Of a DNA stretch of 64,000 bases, positions 37,001-50,500 are shown one piece after another. The DNA comes from Lepidodermella squamata (taxonomy: Eukaryota > Animalia > Gastrotricha). A model generated the notes under the pieces. That model had not been told where the DNA came from and ran no database searches. It saw only the letters and a program-made list of their open reading frames with translations. Position numbers and translations under genes: made by a program. The first letter of the stretch is position 1; every line of letters begins with the position of its first letter. The stretch lies in the NCBI GenBank assembly GCA_047495785.1, contig JBLDXI010000004.1:1364001-1428000 (forward strand), read 5' to 3'.

Positions 37001-39493
37001 CCGTCGCATGGCAATTGAGCAGGCTTGCACCCGGAGAACGTCGACCCGGTCGAACCAAAGCAACGGCGATGAGGGTAGAAGGACTGAGGGGCTGAAAATA
37101 CGATTTCACAGCACATTTCTATGAAGTTAATCATCAACCGACCAGATTCGCACTCGCCAAGATCGCTGAATGTAACGCCAGCTGAGAGGCTACTTGTACT
37201 ACCAGCCGGGCAGGTTTGGGTCCCATCAGTAGGGATGCATTTAACAAGAGCATAGGTTTGTGAATTCAGACAAAATTGATGTGGTTTCTACATAGAAAAT
37301 ATATAGAAATATTGATCGATTGTACCGATATATTGCACCGTATATGCCGCGAGATAGGTCATGCATTGGGCGTAATTCGTCCCAAAATCATCTGCGTTGT
37401 TGAACGTAGCCACCTACAAATGAGTTGAATAGGCAGGTAAAAACTTCACAACACATCGCTCACCAGACTCATAGGCGATCTACAAACGCCTCGACAAACG
37501 AAAGCCGAAGCCGATTTGCATAGAGCTGCGGGCTGAGAAAACGAAACACAGACAAGTTTTGTCGCCCGATAAAAAGAAAAATGATTTACTCACCCCGGCA
37601 GAGCAATGTTTCTTGTCGATGTAGATTCCACCGCTGAAAGCCTGAGATCAAAATGAAGATTCAAATTAGATCTAAAATTGTCTGAAACAAATACAGCACC
37701 TGTGTTTGAGTTGTACTGTCACAACCCGGGGAAGCCAACCGACAGCCAGCGAATGAGCTGTTCGATGTTGAGAAACACCGAACATGCTGCGAGAAATCTG
37801 AACTGCGGGCAGCTGCAAAAAAGAGGAAACGAATTGTTTGATTTAAACTTCGGATAAGTTCGGATAACGACAAATTCGGATAAATTTGCGTATTTGACCT
37901 CAATAAGCCTCAATAATTGCTGGCCTAAATTTTCCCAAAGTTATTCCCAAGCAATACGGGGGCATAGATTCTTCTGTCGCGATTGCCTCTTTCGGATACA
38001 GTGCTCCCCCGCTATATGCATGAGGGCCGGGTCCAGGGTCGTGCAATTATCGAGGGAGACAGCTAACGGGGGCTGTAAACGAGTCAGGGATTAAGTTTGA
38101 GCGAGTTGCTAGCCAGATGGCGCTGAGCAAACAGTTAACCTGACAACGCGTGATTTTTATTTCGCCTCTAGACTCTCTTTATTCTGAGCGATTATGTTTT
38201 ACGTTTCCTCGTGATTTTTAATACTAAGGCATTCACGATGTCTCGGCAACAGTGGGACACCTGGGTTCTTATTTTCAATCCTAAAATTTTAAAACTTTTG
38301 AAAACTTTCAAAGTTGAATTCCAAGATCATACGATAAGATTCCAAGATATATTTGCTTTTCAGAACTGCCAATATTGATCAGTTGTCAGTAGCATCGATT
38401 TTAGAAGCATTCATTATACGCAGCAGTGTTTTATGAATGACATTTTTCGATTTTTCATTAAATTAATCGAATCGAAGATATTGAGCACGAAATAGCTGTG
38501 AATCGCTCTCGTCGAGTTCGATTTTGTTTCGAAATGGCGCCTAGGCACCAAAATCCGTAGCTAGGCTAACAATTCCAACAACTCAGGACAACACGAACGA
38601 ATAATCTCGGCCTAATTACGAGAATAAATCGATGTATCAAAATTCAAATAAAACGCCTAATTCCTACTCGTGATGAGCTTTACAATATTAAATTCTCTTC
38701 TATATATTTTGAAGATAAGAGACCGTAACAAACCTCGAATCTGTCCCAAGCACTCCGTCAAGCTGAAAATCGGGGTCGATTCACTCTGAAATAAATGAGG
38801 ACAAAATCATACAGCATGAAAATGAGAGAGAATCTCACCCAGCCAGTCGGACATTTGCTGTCAATGGGCACGCAAGTAACCGCTGTGCTATTCATGCACT
38901 TCTTCGCCGGGTTTTCCTGTTGAAAAATTCAAATAATTAAAAAATTCAATCATTCTCGAAAAAGGAGTAATACCATGTAGGGCCGAATAACACTGATGCA
39001 GTCGTCGTAACGCGGCTTGAACGCCAAACCCGTGAAATTGAGATGCTGCCGTGAAATAATCGGTAAACAATTCAGCAATAATTAATTACTGAAGAAAATA
39101 CCGGAATTTCATCCTTCGAGCATGCCACGGTTCGAGACAAGCATCTCAGGGTGAACTGCTTCACGTTGTAACAGCTACGGGCCGACTGAAATCAGATCTA
39201 TGAAAATATGTTGACAAAAGGTTCGAAATCAACTAACGCCGTCCTTGCATGACGCAAAATCAGTAAACGTCGAGCCGAGCTATTTGCGAGAAATTATAGA
39301 TCAGAAATTATATAGATTTTTTAGATCAGAGTGAATTGTTGCCATTCTTGTATCCCACCTGAATTTCCTCGAATACAAAGCAATCGTCTTTGCAAGCGAT
39401 GAATTCATCGTTCCATCGTGATATGCATCGCTTGTAGCAGCCGCCGAAGCCAAAAGCGATGGCAAGTAGTAAATAGGCTGTTAACAAATTCAT
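25058..39493 (-). CDS. Gene F: signal peptide, four 12-Cys triplets and two LamG/concanavalin-like domains (~26 exons, ~1,000 aa)
   Basis: Starts MNLLTAYLLLAIAFGFGGCYKRCISRWNDEFIACKDDC; 11 sub-modules in small exons from 39493 to 35926; the 12th (LFLCVNQLLMARQCVVIGNNCPQNF|ASTGLWFSDLAQCEQ) at 29507-29330; then LamG exons (YLPL..DVSGNG..GPFG..FTISIY; WPL..GPFG..FTITL..WQFLTITF; GSVACLNLF..LS.EE) with stop at 25058. Joins across the 6.4-kb and 2.8-kb introns are inferred from phase and module order. Confidence 0.72.
26449..26646. mobile_element. Small MITE with CGTTAGCGACG terminus, related to 27417-27733
   Basis: tagcgacgcgccaaaacaaccacttt / aaagtggttgttttggcgcgttgcta. Confidence 0.65.
27178..28339. 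mobile_element. piggyBac-like non-autonomous element nested in the previous element
   Basis: ttaa+cactttaa ... ttaaagtg+ttaa; six TACTCA-N4-TGAGTA palindromes inside. Confidence 0.7.
27417..27733. mobile_element. MITE with 4-bp ATAT TSD (Sola1-like), innermost element of the nest
   Basis: TIR cgttagcgacgttgaataactc / gagttattcaacgtcgctaacg; removing it and one ATAT restores tgagtatatggc, seen elsewhere in the host element. Confidence 0.72.
29568..30915. mobile_element. Non-autonomous TIR element (possibly PIF/Harbinger-like) in a gene F intron
   Basis: tagccgcttttacactac..aatggtaaacgatggtaattgatggtaatta and its reverse complement at 30858-30915; TSD unclear. Confidence 0.7.
31676..32793. 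mobile_element. Non-autonomous element with ~210-bp TIRs and TA TSD (Tc1/mariner-type target)
   Basis: ta+caccttttccacttgca..gcacgcgccgaattt mirrored at 32588-32793, followed by ta. Confidence 0.8.
32806..35543 (+). mobile_element. Full-length Mutator-like (MULE) DNA transposon
   Basis: TSD ttttattaaa at 32796-32805 and 35544-35553; imperfect TIRs taaaatctgtcgcccaaaaaggtaaagt / acttttaccttttggggcggcagatttta. Confidence 0.9.
33016..35396 (+). CDS. MULE transposase, 3 exons (33016-33492, 33550-34046, 34100-35396), 756 aa, open frame
   Basis: N-terminal C..C..HxH (WRKY/FLYWCH-like); LHLDGTYKTN, IVRDGALAI, QCYAH, TNNANESGN (DDE); SWIM CQC..CYH; KRGRKK; C-terminal CXC-like Cys cluster. Confidence 0.9.
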
Positions 39494-39824
39494 CTATTAG
39501 CTTTTTAGTGAATAAAAACGAATGGATGTGAAAAACGATATTTTTTTAATTTGTGCCGTTGTAGGAAAGGCTGTTGAAGAGCCGAGATTAATAATCCATA
39601 TAGCACCAACGAATCCACATCATCGCTATTGGCTAAACTGAAAATTACCAAAGCACGCGAGTAAGAAGATGTTCTCTCAAAGTATGGCAGAGTATGTCTT
39701 GAAAATTTGGTGAAATTTGGTGAAAAATGGAGATATCTGTTTTGAGAAATTCAACTTGAATAAGAATAAAGATTTATGAATTTTAGCTTGAGTGCTTACT
39801 CTGGTCATTTGTTTCTCTATGCTC

Positions 39825-39943
39825 CTAGTAAATCGGTTGCTGAACAGCAAGGAGCAGCGAACCTAGCTCATCTCTATACCCAAAGCCCTGTAGCTTGATG
39901 CCAGCATGAGGGGTAACAACATTGCGTAGAAATACGAAGCCAT
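39825..39943 (-). pseudogene. Exon-1-only relic of the gene C/E type
   Basis: MASYFYAMLLPLMLASSYRALGIEMS*VRCSLLFSNRFT (stop at the conserved W); gene C-like promoter sequence upstream. Confidence 0.7.
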
Positions 39944-41305
39944 GTGATGAAAAATCAGCTGAAAGTTTACCTACGCTATGAAATTTGTAAAAATTGTTAT
40001 GAATCAAATATGTAATGACGGTGCGATTCAACGTGTGTGTGGTTTATTGCGCCACTATTTGGTGTGATGAAATTAAGCACGCTCTCACAGTCACGCAGAA
40101 GTCTCAACAATCTGAGCAACGGCGTTTTCTTTTCGGGCTTCTATTAAACAACTGCGCAGTAGCTTGGTCGCGTGTCGAAGAGGTCACTGCCAAGTCCATG
40201 TCGGAGTTATATAATGTCGGAGTTTTATTCGAACTATTATTTTGAACACATACAAGCCGTTTTCACAAAATAGAACGATAATTATGAATTATGATAAAGC
40301 ATGTGCGCGATTAACTAATAAAAACCAGCTTATTGAAATTTCCAACATTTTCCGACAGCTTTTTCCTGTAAAATCAGTGATATTTTTTAGCCAAATGAAG
40401 ATGTGTAAAATTAATGAAGCCTTCTGATAAATCTCAATGGAAGTTGACAATATTTTATGATGTTACTTCAAAACTCTGAAACCGACTTTTCAAGGCTCCC
40501 ACATTACGCTTGGCCGATGAATTCTGGCATGAATCCGTGTCGAAAGTAAAATTTCGGAAAATACGGGCATTTCACGCTCATCGTATACGAAAATATATGG
40601 TATTTCGTTGTATATTTTCGTTGGCAGGGTTTTCCGCAAAACAGCCAGCTATGGTCAAGCTGGGAGCTCAGATCAGATCTATTGAAAACTGACTGAAAAC
40701 TGTGCGGGAATTTATTCCATCACGTTTTATGTGAAATCGAAATAAAATGGATTATTAGAGATTATTAGATTTCTTGAATTTTCTGATTTTTTCTTTTCTT
40801 CATTATAATGACCTGGGATATTGGTGATATCCTTTCGTAACCTCAGGTGTATGTATTGCGATTTTTTATTTTGAATTCATCAGAAAATTTACTGATTTGT
40901 TATGCACAATGGCAGGAAAATGAAAAATCAGGTAGAAGTGACCCCAAAATAATATATTATGGCGGCTTCAAATTGGTGGAAGTTTCGTCGCTAAATTCCA
41001 GTTCGCAATTGGCACTTGGCACACTTCCAACATAAAATGTGTCTGTCCCAATATAGTGCAGGTCATTTTTTCGAGTTGCGTAATACATTTTCTTGATCGT
41101 GCCCCCGTTTTTAGCAATAAAAATACTACGCATTTTCCACGGCGATTTGAATGAAACTCTAAACACGTGTTGCAGAAATGCTTAGCCTCGAGTCGCGCGA
41201 AATAAGCCACCCGTTTTAAAAATTTGTAATCTGCTCGTCATTGAATTCATTTCGCTCGAATTGATTCAATAAACGTAGCTTTTTTAGAAAATTAAATGTC
41301 GAGCT

Positions 41306-42510
41306 ATGACTTGCTACTTTGCGTTATTGGTAATTGTCGTATTGGCTGCGGGACCATTAGCAACAATGCAAGATTAGGTTCGCTGCTTCTCGCAGTACGA
41401 CAACAGGTTTTCAAGGACTGCTACCCAGCTACGCCCGGCTGCAACCCTCTAACCGAATTTATGGTAATTTCATATGATTATAAATTACGAGCCCTTATCG
41501 ATTTCCTATTTTCAGTGGGCTCCCAAATGGCTGCGTGTCGGTCCTTGCACTAATGGCGTGAGTCGTTTTGCTCAATTTGATCCGAAATTAATTTGAAGTA
41601 TGAAATTTGCTGATTTTTTTGCAGAACAATCAAATGTATTACGAAGTACGAAGCGCTCACTCCCATGCGTCCCTGGCAACGTCGGCTGCGATCGGCAACG
41701 CGAAATTAACGTGAGTATAGCGAGGCGATTGTAATATCGAAATTTCGCATAAATGTTATTGTTGCATCCAGCTGTTCTGGTTCAGTAACTTCACGCTTAA
41801 GGCCAGCCAGAGAGAGTGTGAGAAAATTATGAGGGCTGTATTTGCGGGGAGTAATTTCCTGTCTTCGCTTCTATTATAGTTTGGTTTCTCTTGAACAGAA
41901 TCTGAAATTCAGGCAAAGTACCGCAAGTGGCGTCGTCAGAACCTGCGTTCCAGATTCATACACAGATTTTGCATTTTGTCAAAACAAAACAGCCGTGGCC
42001 GATCCGTTGAGGTCGCGAGGAGCAAGCCGAGCAATATCAACATGTTGAAATCGTTTACAAGCTTCACTAATTTCCGATCTAGCGATTACAGTGATAAAGA
42101 ATTAGGTATTTTACATAGTAAATGATGTAGTGCTGACTGATTAGCGAAGTCCGATCAAAATAAGCTGACAATTGCGCCTGAAGAACACTGAAAAGTTCGA
42201 AAAGTTCGATAAAACCCCCAAAGCGTTCAAAGTTATTTCAAATAGTCTGTAACTTACGCTCAAGCCGCAGAGAAGAGCGCAGCTTACAGCAACGACTTAG
42301 CGACCTTCAGCCATTCTGGTGAATTTGCAAACTTTAAAAGCCTGTTTTATCTGCAGCGATGAGCGGTTGCTGGCAATATTTGGCTGGGCACCCAGCGGCG
42401 GACTAACGAACAGCATCAGGTGGGATGGAGATGGCTCGATGGCTCTCTGGATATTTTAATTTATCTTGGACCTAAACTGGCTGATGATTGTGCTACGCTA
42501 TACGCTATCT
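41306..42510 (+). pseudogene. Pseudogene of the gene C/E type (triplet exons plus C-type lectin remnant)
   Basis: MTCYFALLVIVVLAAGPLATMQD*VRCFSQYDNRF/KDCYPATPGCNPLTEFM|WAPKWLRVGPCTNG|..KYEALTP/CVPGNVGC..|LFWF..EC..|..RTCVPDSY; later NIWLG..GWRWLDGS..DDCATL; stop and frameshifts. Confidence 0.75.
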
Positions 42511-42910
42511 GACCAAGATGAAGACTTAAGGGGTAAGTTGTAATGAATTGGTAATATTTCAATCTTTTTTATTATTACGCAAACCAGGTTAACCAGGGTC
42601 AAGCTGGGTGCTCAGATCAAATACACAAACGAGTTTTCAATAGATCTGATCAGATCTATTGAAAACTCGTTCAGATCTATTGAAAACTCGTTTGTGTATT
42701 TGTTTCAGGTATGACATTGGACTTGTGAATTTTCACGGGTGACCATTGATAGAACGTTCATTTATTTATTTAAGAGCTTAAGTCCGTAGCCGAACGCTCA
42801 CAACAATGTTAATCGGGCAATCCACTCATAGCCGGCAGAAAAATCAGAGTCATATTCAGTCCGTTTCAAATTCCATTTGCCAATTTTGGTAGTGATAATA
42901 CATCCAAATC

Positions 42911-45900
42911 AATTGATTGGTCAAGTCCCGTAAGCGCAACCTCATGAGCGTAACCTCGCTTGTGCGTAACTTTTCGTGTGCGTAACCTGTGTGCGCGACC
43001 GACGTGCGCAACTATTGGGCGAAACCTGCTGTGTAAATAAATAAGTCAAAATACCAAGGTAATTCTCATTAGTTCAATCGCACAATTGTTGCTCAAAAGC
43101 GCATGTTCACGGAATTTTCACCCAACCGTGTATTTGCTAACCAATCCGCCAAAAATTAAAAAAAAATAGATTTAATTATCCACGATTTGTATGAAAATTG
43201 TATTGCAGATGATAAACGAAGCAACATTTTTCATCAGCATCTTAAACCGTTTGCTAGCGAAAATGTATTACTTAACCTGTTGACAACATGATCCACCTTA
43301 AGATGAATAGCACCTCGGCCGCAGCTGTGAGGACGAAGAACCACTAAGCGGACGCGGCAGGCCTCTGAAGACTCAAAATGAATCAATATCAAGATAGATT
43401 TTGAAATGTGGTTTTTAACTGTAGATGGACAGCGAGAAAATTTTTGAATTACTGCGAGGCCACGCTATTAGGCTCTCTTGACGAAGTCGATGCTCGCGTT
43501 AATATTAATGAAATGATTTTTACGATCCACCTTAATAAAAATAAAAAAGTAATCACGGATGAATAGTATCTGCTGACAGCGGAAAAGCGTCAAGTCCTTT
43601 TGGGGCTCAAATCACAACGGGCTATACTAAAGCAAACAAGCCGCTGTGCGTAAAGCGCGCACTCACACGTAGAGTCACCCTCGCCATCCTCATCGTCGCC
43701 TCTCTACGACACCCCATGGTCTAGCTTACCGCCACTTGAAATAATTGATCTTCCGTGATCACACCTTGATGTTTGCGCACATTAATCGCTCTAATACAAA
43801 AGCGTACCTTTTATTGCAGGCTCATAAAAATGAGGCGCTCATTAACGGTTTTCTTCCTTAAAGAAACAGGCAGAGGTGGAATTAGGGCGGTTTGGGTTGG
43901 TGTACATATATGGGGTGCGGTGTGGGTCATGGTTTGGTGCGGGTTGGAATGGGTTGGGTTGCGGTTAACCCATATGGGTTGCGGGTTATTTAACCCACAT
44001 TATCTATTTTTGATATTAAAAGGGCTGTCATGTTTTTAAACATCGGCAAATACTCTGCTAAACACAGCGAAGCCATTTACGTTTCCCTATCAATTCCAAT
44101 AATTTGAAAGTTACACATAAATCGACCAACAAAGCGCAATTACATTTTGTTTGCTATTGAAATTCATTCATTCGCTTGAACTCATGTTTTTGCTTCGGCG
44201 GATTGTTTTCTGTGATACATTATTCAACGACAAATGCTGTGCCTCAATCGCTCACCGGCATTGAAGCGGTCTAGGCAGCAGCGAATAAGCCAAAACAGTC
44301 GAAAATAGTGAAATATTGAATAGATCTGAGTTTCGCCAACATTTGACGGCGGGTGAATCTCATTTAGTTTTTTTGACGTAGAATCCCATTTTGCTAAATT
44401 TTCTGCTAAGTTCTAATTACACCTGTCATTTATGGCGGCATTTGGTGTTTGACATTCAACCCATGCGATTTTATTCACACCTATTTTGTGTCAAGTCGAG
44501 CATAGCTTACCATCCGCCAAGATTTTTGTTTTGACAATGCCGTTCTGATTTCAACCCAAATTTCATGAAATTTTGAAGGATAACAGATGGAATGATAGAT
44601 AATCATTTGGTAATAAATTCATCCGGAACTGACGCCTTACGGAATCGAAAATATGATTATCCAATTCGATGTTATGTGACGAATGGCCCCTGCCCCGTTG
44701 ACTAGACCTGCGTCTCATGGGATGAGCAAGATATACTAGTATTACTTGCCACTACAATTCAGCGGATAGCCTAGCTTAGGTAGTCCATTTTCCAGGATCA
44801 CCTGAGGAGCTTTATTAGAAATACGGTGTGTTTAATTGTTCGGTTCGGAGTTTTAACCAAGTACCACAAGTACTATTGCTCCAAGGGAATCACCAGTGAG
44901 CCCAAAACGGTACTTATATACTGGAACATATCTCGATCCGCGATAAAAATGCTATCAAAACTTTTATTTATGAATCTATCAGGGATTCAGCTCATTTTTT
45001 ATTATTAATATGGCTAAATTGTTCCAAGATTTTTTGTAAATTTCAAAGGTAATTCTGAGAATTTGAATGTCGTATTTTCTGAACCCCTACCCCCTCTCGT
45101 TCAGTGCCCTGCTTCGTTTAAAAGCCTAGATATATCTGATTTTTAATATGTGTAGCCCTACCTTGAATAATAACCTGGGCGCATAGTACGCGAAGATTAA
45201 ACCCTCTTCGCTGCCCTAGCGCGCATGCTACCAGGTGAAAAAAGCCCCTTAAGCTCCTAGAGGTCCAGTCGACACTCGAGATGCGGATGTTGCGCTGTTA
45301 TCTGACCGCATGAGATGAGAGGCTGGAATAAATCGATTAAAGCTTCATTACTCGCCGCGCCGCAGGTGCTATTGGCGCCTCCTGTTTCTATTTCCGGGTT
45401 GTATAGCTTAGTTTTTGTTGGTTTTCATAAGGCTTCAATTTTGCATAACCTCGGGTTGGTTCAGCTTAAAATAGCTAAACATCTTTAGGTTCTGATAAAT
45501 TATAATCTTTTCTCAGATATCAGACTAAAATCACGCATGAAAAACTATTAGGGCGCCGATATTTATAAACATCTAACTTCAAACTCAAAACATAATATTT
45601 GTAGCTGAAATCGTCGTTGGTTCGGCTAAAAGTCCTATCTCTGTAAAACCGGAGGGTCGAATGGCGCCGGCTAGATTAGAATGAATTCATGAATACCTAG
45701 CCATAAGTAAGATTCCTCTCATAGATTTGGCGAAAACTGAACATCTTCGCTCTTAGATCAATAAACTCTTCTCATTAAGATGAAATCCGAAATGTGCCGA
45801 ACTTCGTAAACTGGGGATATCAACTATCAGTCTCCATACTGTGGAGATCATCCTCTAAACTTCAAAACTAGTTCGATGTTCGATCCCGTTAGAATTATTT

Positions 45901-47329
45901 TCCTGGCAATGCCGAGAGTGTTTAAGCAATGCTATGTCTCGCACACGTTTAAAAAGCTAGCTAAACAGGGGGGTGGCGGAGAATTAACTTCTTCACAACG
46001 GAGCTCGGTATTAAATTCCAAGGGGATATTTAACATTTTTCTACGATAGTTTTTAGTTGAAAATTCTTATAAGCATTCTTTAGCTCAATCAAAAATTGAA
46101 ATTTGGCCATACCGCAGGCAAATTTAGGATACAAATTAACAAATTAAAAGCACAAATCCTGAGCAATCATGATGTACTGTTGTAGTAATCAGCGGGCATT
46201 GCTCGGCTGTTTTGTCAATTGCTGAATTCGCACATGGAGCGACAGTAGCTTGATAGTAGCAATAAATTAAAATTAGCGATAAAGCATTTTGAAACTACTG
46301 CTAATTATGAAGGATCGAGTATTGTTCCCTGGCATTGCTCAATAACCTCAGTAGTGTGCACTCTTCGCTGGCTCATTCAATCGATGACAATATACTCATT
46401 TGATTCCATACTATCGATTCAAGCTCATGTAACGCAATATATTATTGGGCTCCGATCATTTGGCAATGTTTTCTGCCAGAAATATACAAGTACGGTGATG
46501 TGGGTTAAATAACCCGCAACCCATATGGGTTAACCGCAACCCAACCCATTCCAACCCGCACCAAACCATGACCCACACCGCACCCCATATATGTACACCA
46601 ACCCAAACCGCCCCAATTCCACCTCTGGAAACAGGTGAAAATAATACGAAATTAGGGATGGAATTACCGTGGTGTGGGGTAACTTGTTTCGCTTTAAATT
46701 TTTTACCAAAAAATCCCCGTTCAATTCTCGATCGACTAGTCAACACCCGGTTGACGACCGATAAAATCAATTGAAGTGATCTTGACCAAGTGGGGTAACT
46801 TGGCCGCATGGCTATTTTACTTGTGTCGATCTGGCACAAACTAGAACAATGATTCATCACGCCCTCTTCATGTCTAGGCCACATTTTACTGCGAATACGC
46901 ACGTTGAAAATCGGCCAAGTTACCTCACAAAATTCAGGTAATTACCGCTCGCGATTGCGACATCAGTTTTCTGAATTCAAGGTGTGTTTGAAAGATATCA
47001 CCGAGAGGAATTTTTTTGTGAAATCGGCGTCTCATTTCGTCAGCGGCGTTTCAAAATTAATTTTAAAGTTGTAACATACACGTTTTTGACTAATGAAACA
47101 ATTACCGAAAATGTGTGTAATGTAGGGGTTTATAACCCGAGCATATAGGGTATATATTTTCCTCCCTGTTTTGCAGTCGAAATAAATTTCTATCGGCTTC
47201 TAACAATTTTCCAGCTTAAATACAAAAGGTTGCGCACACAGGTTGCGCTCAGCAAAAGTTACGCAAATAAGGTTACGCACGCGCGGTTACGCTCTTGAGG
47301 TTGCGCTCACGGGAATTGACCAATCAATT
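42911..47329. mobile_element. Degenerate TIR element with GCG(C/T)AACC subterminal repeats, hosting the hAT element
   Basis: aattgattggtcaagtcccgtaagcgcaacctc.. / ..gaggttgcgctcacgggaattgaccaatcaatt; catccaa(a)tc on both flanks. Confidence 0.65.
43871..46627. mobile_element. Non-autonomous hAT-like element with ~130-bp near-perfect TIRs
   Basis: CAGAGGTGG termini; perfect 8-bp TSD gaaacagg at 43863-43870 and 46628-46635; no transposase ORF inside. Confidence 0.85.
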
Positions 47330-47591
47330 CATCCAATCAATCCAATTCATCCAAATGTAGCGACATGCATCAAATGTTTCAAGTTTCGAACAAAATTGTT
47401 AACCACTTTCTGTTAAAATGTTATCACGTATGCGTAATATTGTTTTTTCATCACAATTTGTCAATAACTTAGTCAAATTAAGAATTTTATTGCATTCTAA
47501 TAGCATAAAAGATCAATTCAGTCTCAAGAAAGACGAGAAAACGAAAACAAAACTAGAAATGAATACTATCAACGTGTGTCAAGGACCTTAT

Positions 47592-50500
47592 TCATAATCG
47601 AAACGGAGGCGTGCAATACATCGTCAGCGCTTGGGCGACCACCAAATTCGGGAAGCGATAGCCCCGATAGATATCGCAAATAGGACTAAGCGCTGCACCG
47701 GCCGAGTCATCGCCGACTCGGGAGAGGACTTCGTAACTCACCGCACTGATTAAATCAACAGTAATATACGAAACCGTAGGACTTATTTTCGATACGTAAA
47801 TCGACTGGCCAATGTCGATTAGAAACCAAAAATCAGTGCTGTACCCCCCGGCGCTGCCTGATGGGTAAAATGAGCCATCAGTCATGTTGGCGTTGAGTGA
47901 AGCCGGAAAGGTCGATGTGACTTTCTTGAACAGAGCGTAATTCGTCCCAGTTTCAGAGCTAGCTTCAACTTTACAAATCAAAATGATGGCCTCGCGAGAA
48001 ATAGATATCACGTTGACGTAACGGCCCGATACGGGTGGGAAACACGGCACGGGCACTCTAGCATCATAAGGAACGTCAGGGTCGCCAGCATTGCAGTTCG
48101 TCAATGCTGCATCAGCGTACCAGGTCGGGACGCTGTTGGAAACAGCGACTCTCATGTCTGTAATGGCGTATTCAACATCGGCGTAGGTGCAGCCCTTGAA
48201 GCTAAACCGTCCTATCGGCTGTAGTGTGTAATCGTCAACGTACAGTCGGACGGCGAATGCAACTAGAGCTGGTTTAAGGTAGTTGACGAAAGGCTCAGAA
48301 TTCGGGCCACTGGAAGGTCCATCGAAAATTCTAATTCTCGATCCATTGTTTCCGGTATAAGCTACCCATTTGCTACTGTCGCCCTTTAGCCGAAATGCCA
48401 AGTGATACTTTTCAATCCAGGCCGCCAGAGTAGCGCTGGATTGAACCGCGACAATGTTGATGATTTTCAGCTCGTTGAATGTTATCTGAAAATACGGCTG
48501 ACGCTCTGTGGCCAGCGGGATCCAGTCTGAGTTGCCGATGTCATTCCTGCTCAAATCGCTAGGAGTTGTTGCACTCGAAGCAGTTTCTACGGATTCGCTA
48601 TCGTAAAGCTCAATGTTGCAAAATTGATCTAAAGAGTTTCGAAACATTATCATGGCATCATTATAAGTAATTTTATAATCTTACGTGCGCAGCCTCGAAC
48701 TCGCCATTTCAAGCAGATTTGGCCGCTCCACGATTCAGGATGGAATCTGAGATGACGGGCTATGATGTGAGGCCTTAGGAAGCTCCACTGAGTCGATGTT
48801 GAATCGTTGTTTGCAACGAAAATCTATAAAACATTTATTTCATTTTTCGAGCAAGAAATATGTCGGGCTACTTTTGTTGACGATAGGCCGATGGCTCGAT
48901 TGTAAAATGTTTTGAAGGTTACGTTATTAGTGCTGTAGGACAATCGATAGGTTCGGACGAAGCAGTTGTTCACCGAATCGCCAGATGTCGCAATCGATGT
49001 AACGATTTTCTGCTCGCCAAAGTCCAAAGTAAGAAATTCCGTGTTAGACAAGGTCGCTGGAGTCCAAGCACAAGCCATAGAGCCCCGAATATCATCCGAT
49101 CCAGGGCAAACGCCGTAGGGCGGGGAAGCAGAGGAGTAGTTTGAACTGTAAGTCCAGGCCGATGTCGATGACAGGTCGGACTCGCAAACGTGACCCTCCA
49201 CTGGAAGTGCAATAGTTTTGATATCCTCACTACAACTATTATACTTTCTATCGCTTACATGTATTCGGCGTGGGAATTTGGTTAGCAAGCTCCATGGCTA
49301 GGAGTGAATCTGCTGGGCTTTGGTAGATTGCTAGCCAAGTCATCAATCCTGTAAAGTACGCGCTGCTCGAGACATCCTAAATATGATGAATTATGTTTTG
49401 ATGCTGAAATGCCCCTTACAAAAAATTTGATTTTATATATGCTCAAAAATACTAGAAGCGGCTCTCTATCTTATGATACTGCTTTTTATTCTAGCAAAAA
49501 AGAGCCCGAAAAATCTTAGAATCAAATACAAATTGAATATATCCCAATTAATTGTTCATTTAATCCCAATTAATTGAATATAACTTTTGAAAATTTACAT
49601 CGTACACAATCACTGTCAGAAGATATTATTAGCTCCCTATCAGTTAGTATTGTCTGTGGCCTTTCGCCAGCCCTCATTCCCAGGTTGAACATGCCAGGTT
49701 GAACTCAGGTTTCCCTATAACTTGAGCCTATTTCTAGCTTGAATTTTCGGAAAATAATATGATGTTAAAAATGTAGACCTACCCTTCCTATGACGAGGCT
49801 ATTCGTGTCACCAGGAATGCAGTCGCTGAAGCTTTGCGTTGTCCCGGCCACGCCATCACGGTAGCCAGTGATTCGATGACCGCCTGCTGTGAAATCGACG
49901 TTCAAAATCAGATGCTGCCAGCGATTAACAGCCGCGTTGCCTGTATCGTTCGCAGTCTGCACTCCACCGCAATTCACCGTGTAGGATATCGACATGTCCG
50001 TCGAGTTGTAGAGCAGCTGGAGAACGGTCGATGTACCCATGGCCAGCTGGAATATTGGCTGGCTGCCAGCTGTGAAATTTTGAAACAGCATTGCGTGGAT
50101 TGCTACGGTATAGGATGGCAGAGGGGCAGATCGGTTGAAGCCGACCTTGTAGCTACTGAGGTATGAAGCCACGTTCAGTGAATTAGCGGCGGTCGGTGAA
50201 AATCGAAACACCTCCGTGTCACCCGTCGACCAAGGGAACGCAGCTCCACGAAGGGACGACCCAGCCGCAGTCAGCACATCACTTGTACCATCCAATGTTG
50301 ACAGGCCGTTGTTGTAGTCGAAGGGTGTTAACAGGACGGCTTTCATTGTGCTGGTTAGCGGGCATCGCCTCGAGGAATGGGCGAATCTTCGCGTGAACAC
50401 AACTGCGTTATACACTTGCACACACGCATAGCTCGTCGGCTGGCTGTTGGCGCCTCCGATTCTGAAAAACGTCGCATCAGTTTGTATTCCAACACCAGCA

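Noticed and set aside
38108-38126. CTCF-like gccagatggcgc
   Set aside because: Single partial match, expected by chance
40957-41210. Two short minus-strand ORFs
   Set aside because: No family resemblance or splice context that I can support
43773-46902. ORFs with GVHIWGAVWVMVWCGLEW on both strands
   Set aside because: Translations of the hAT-like TIRs
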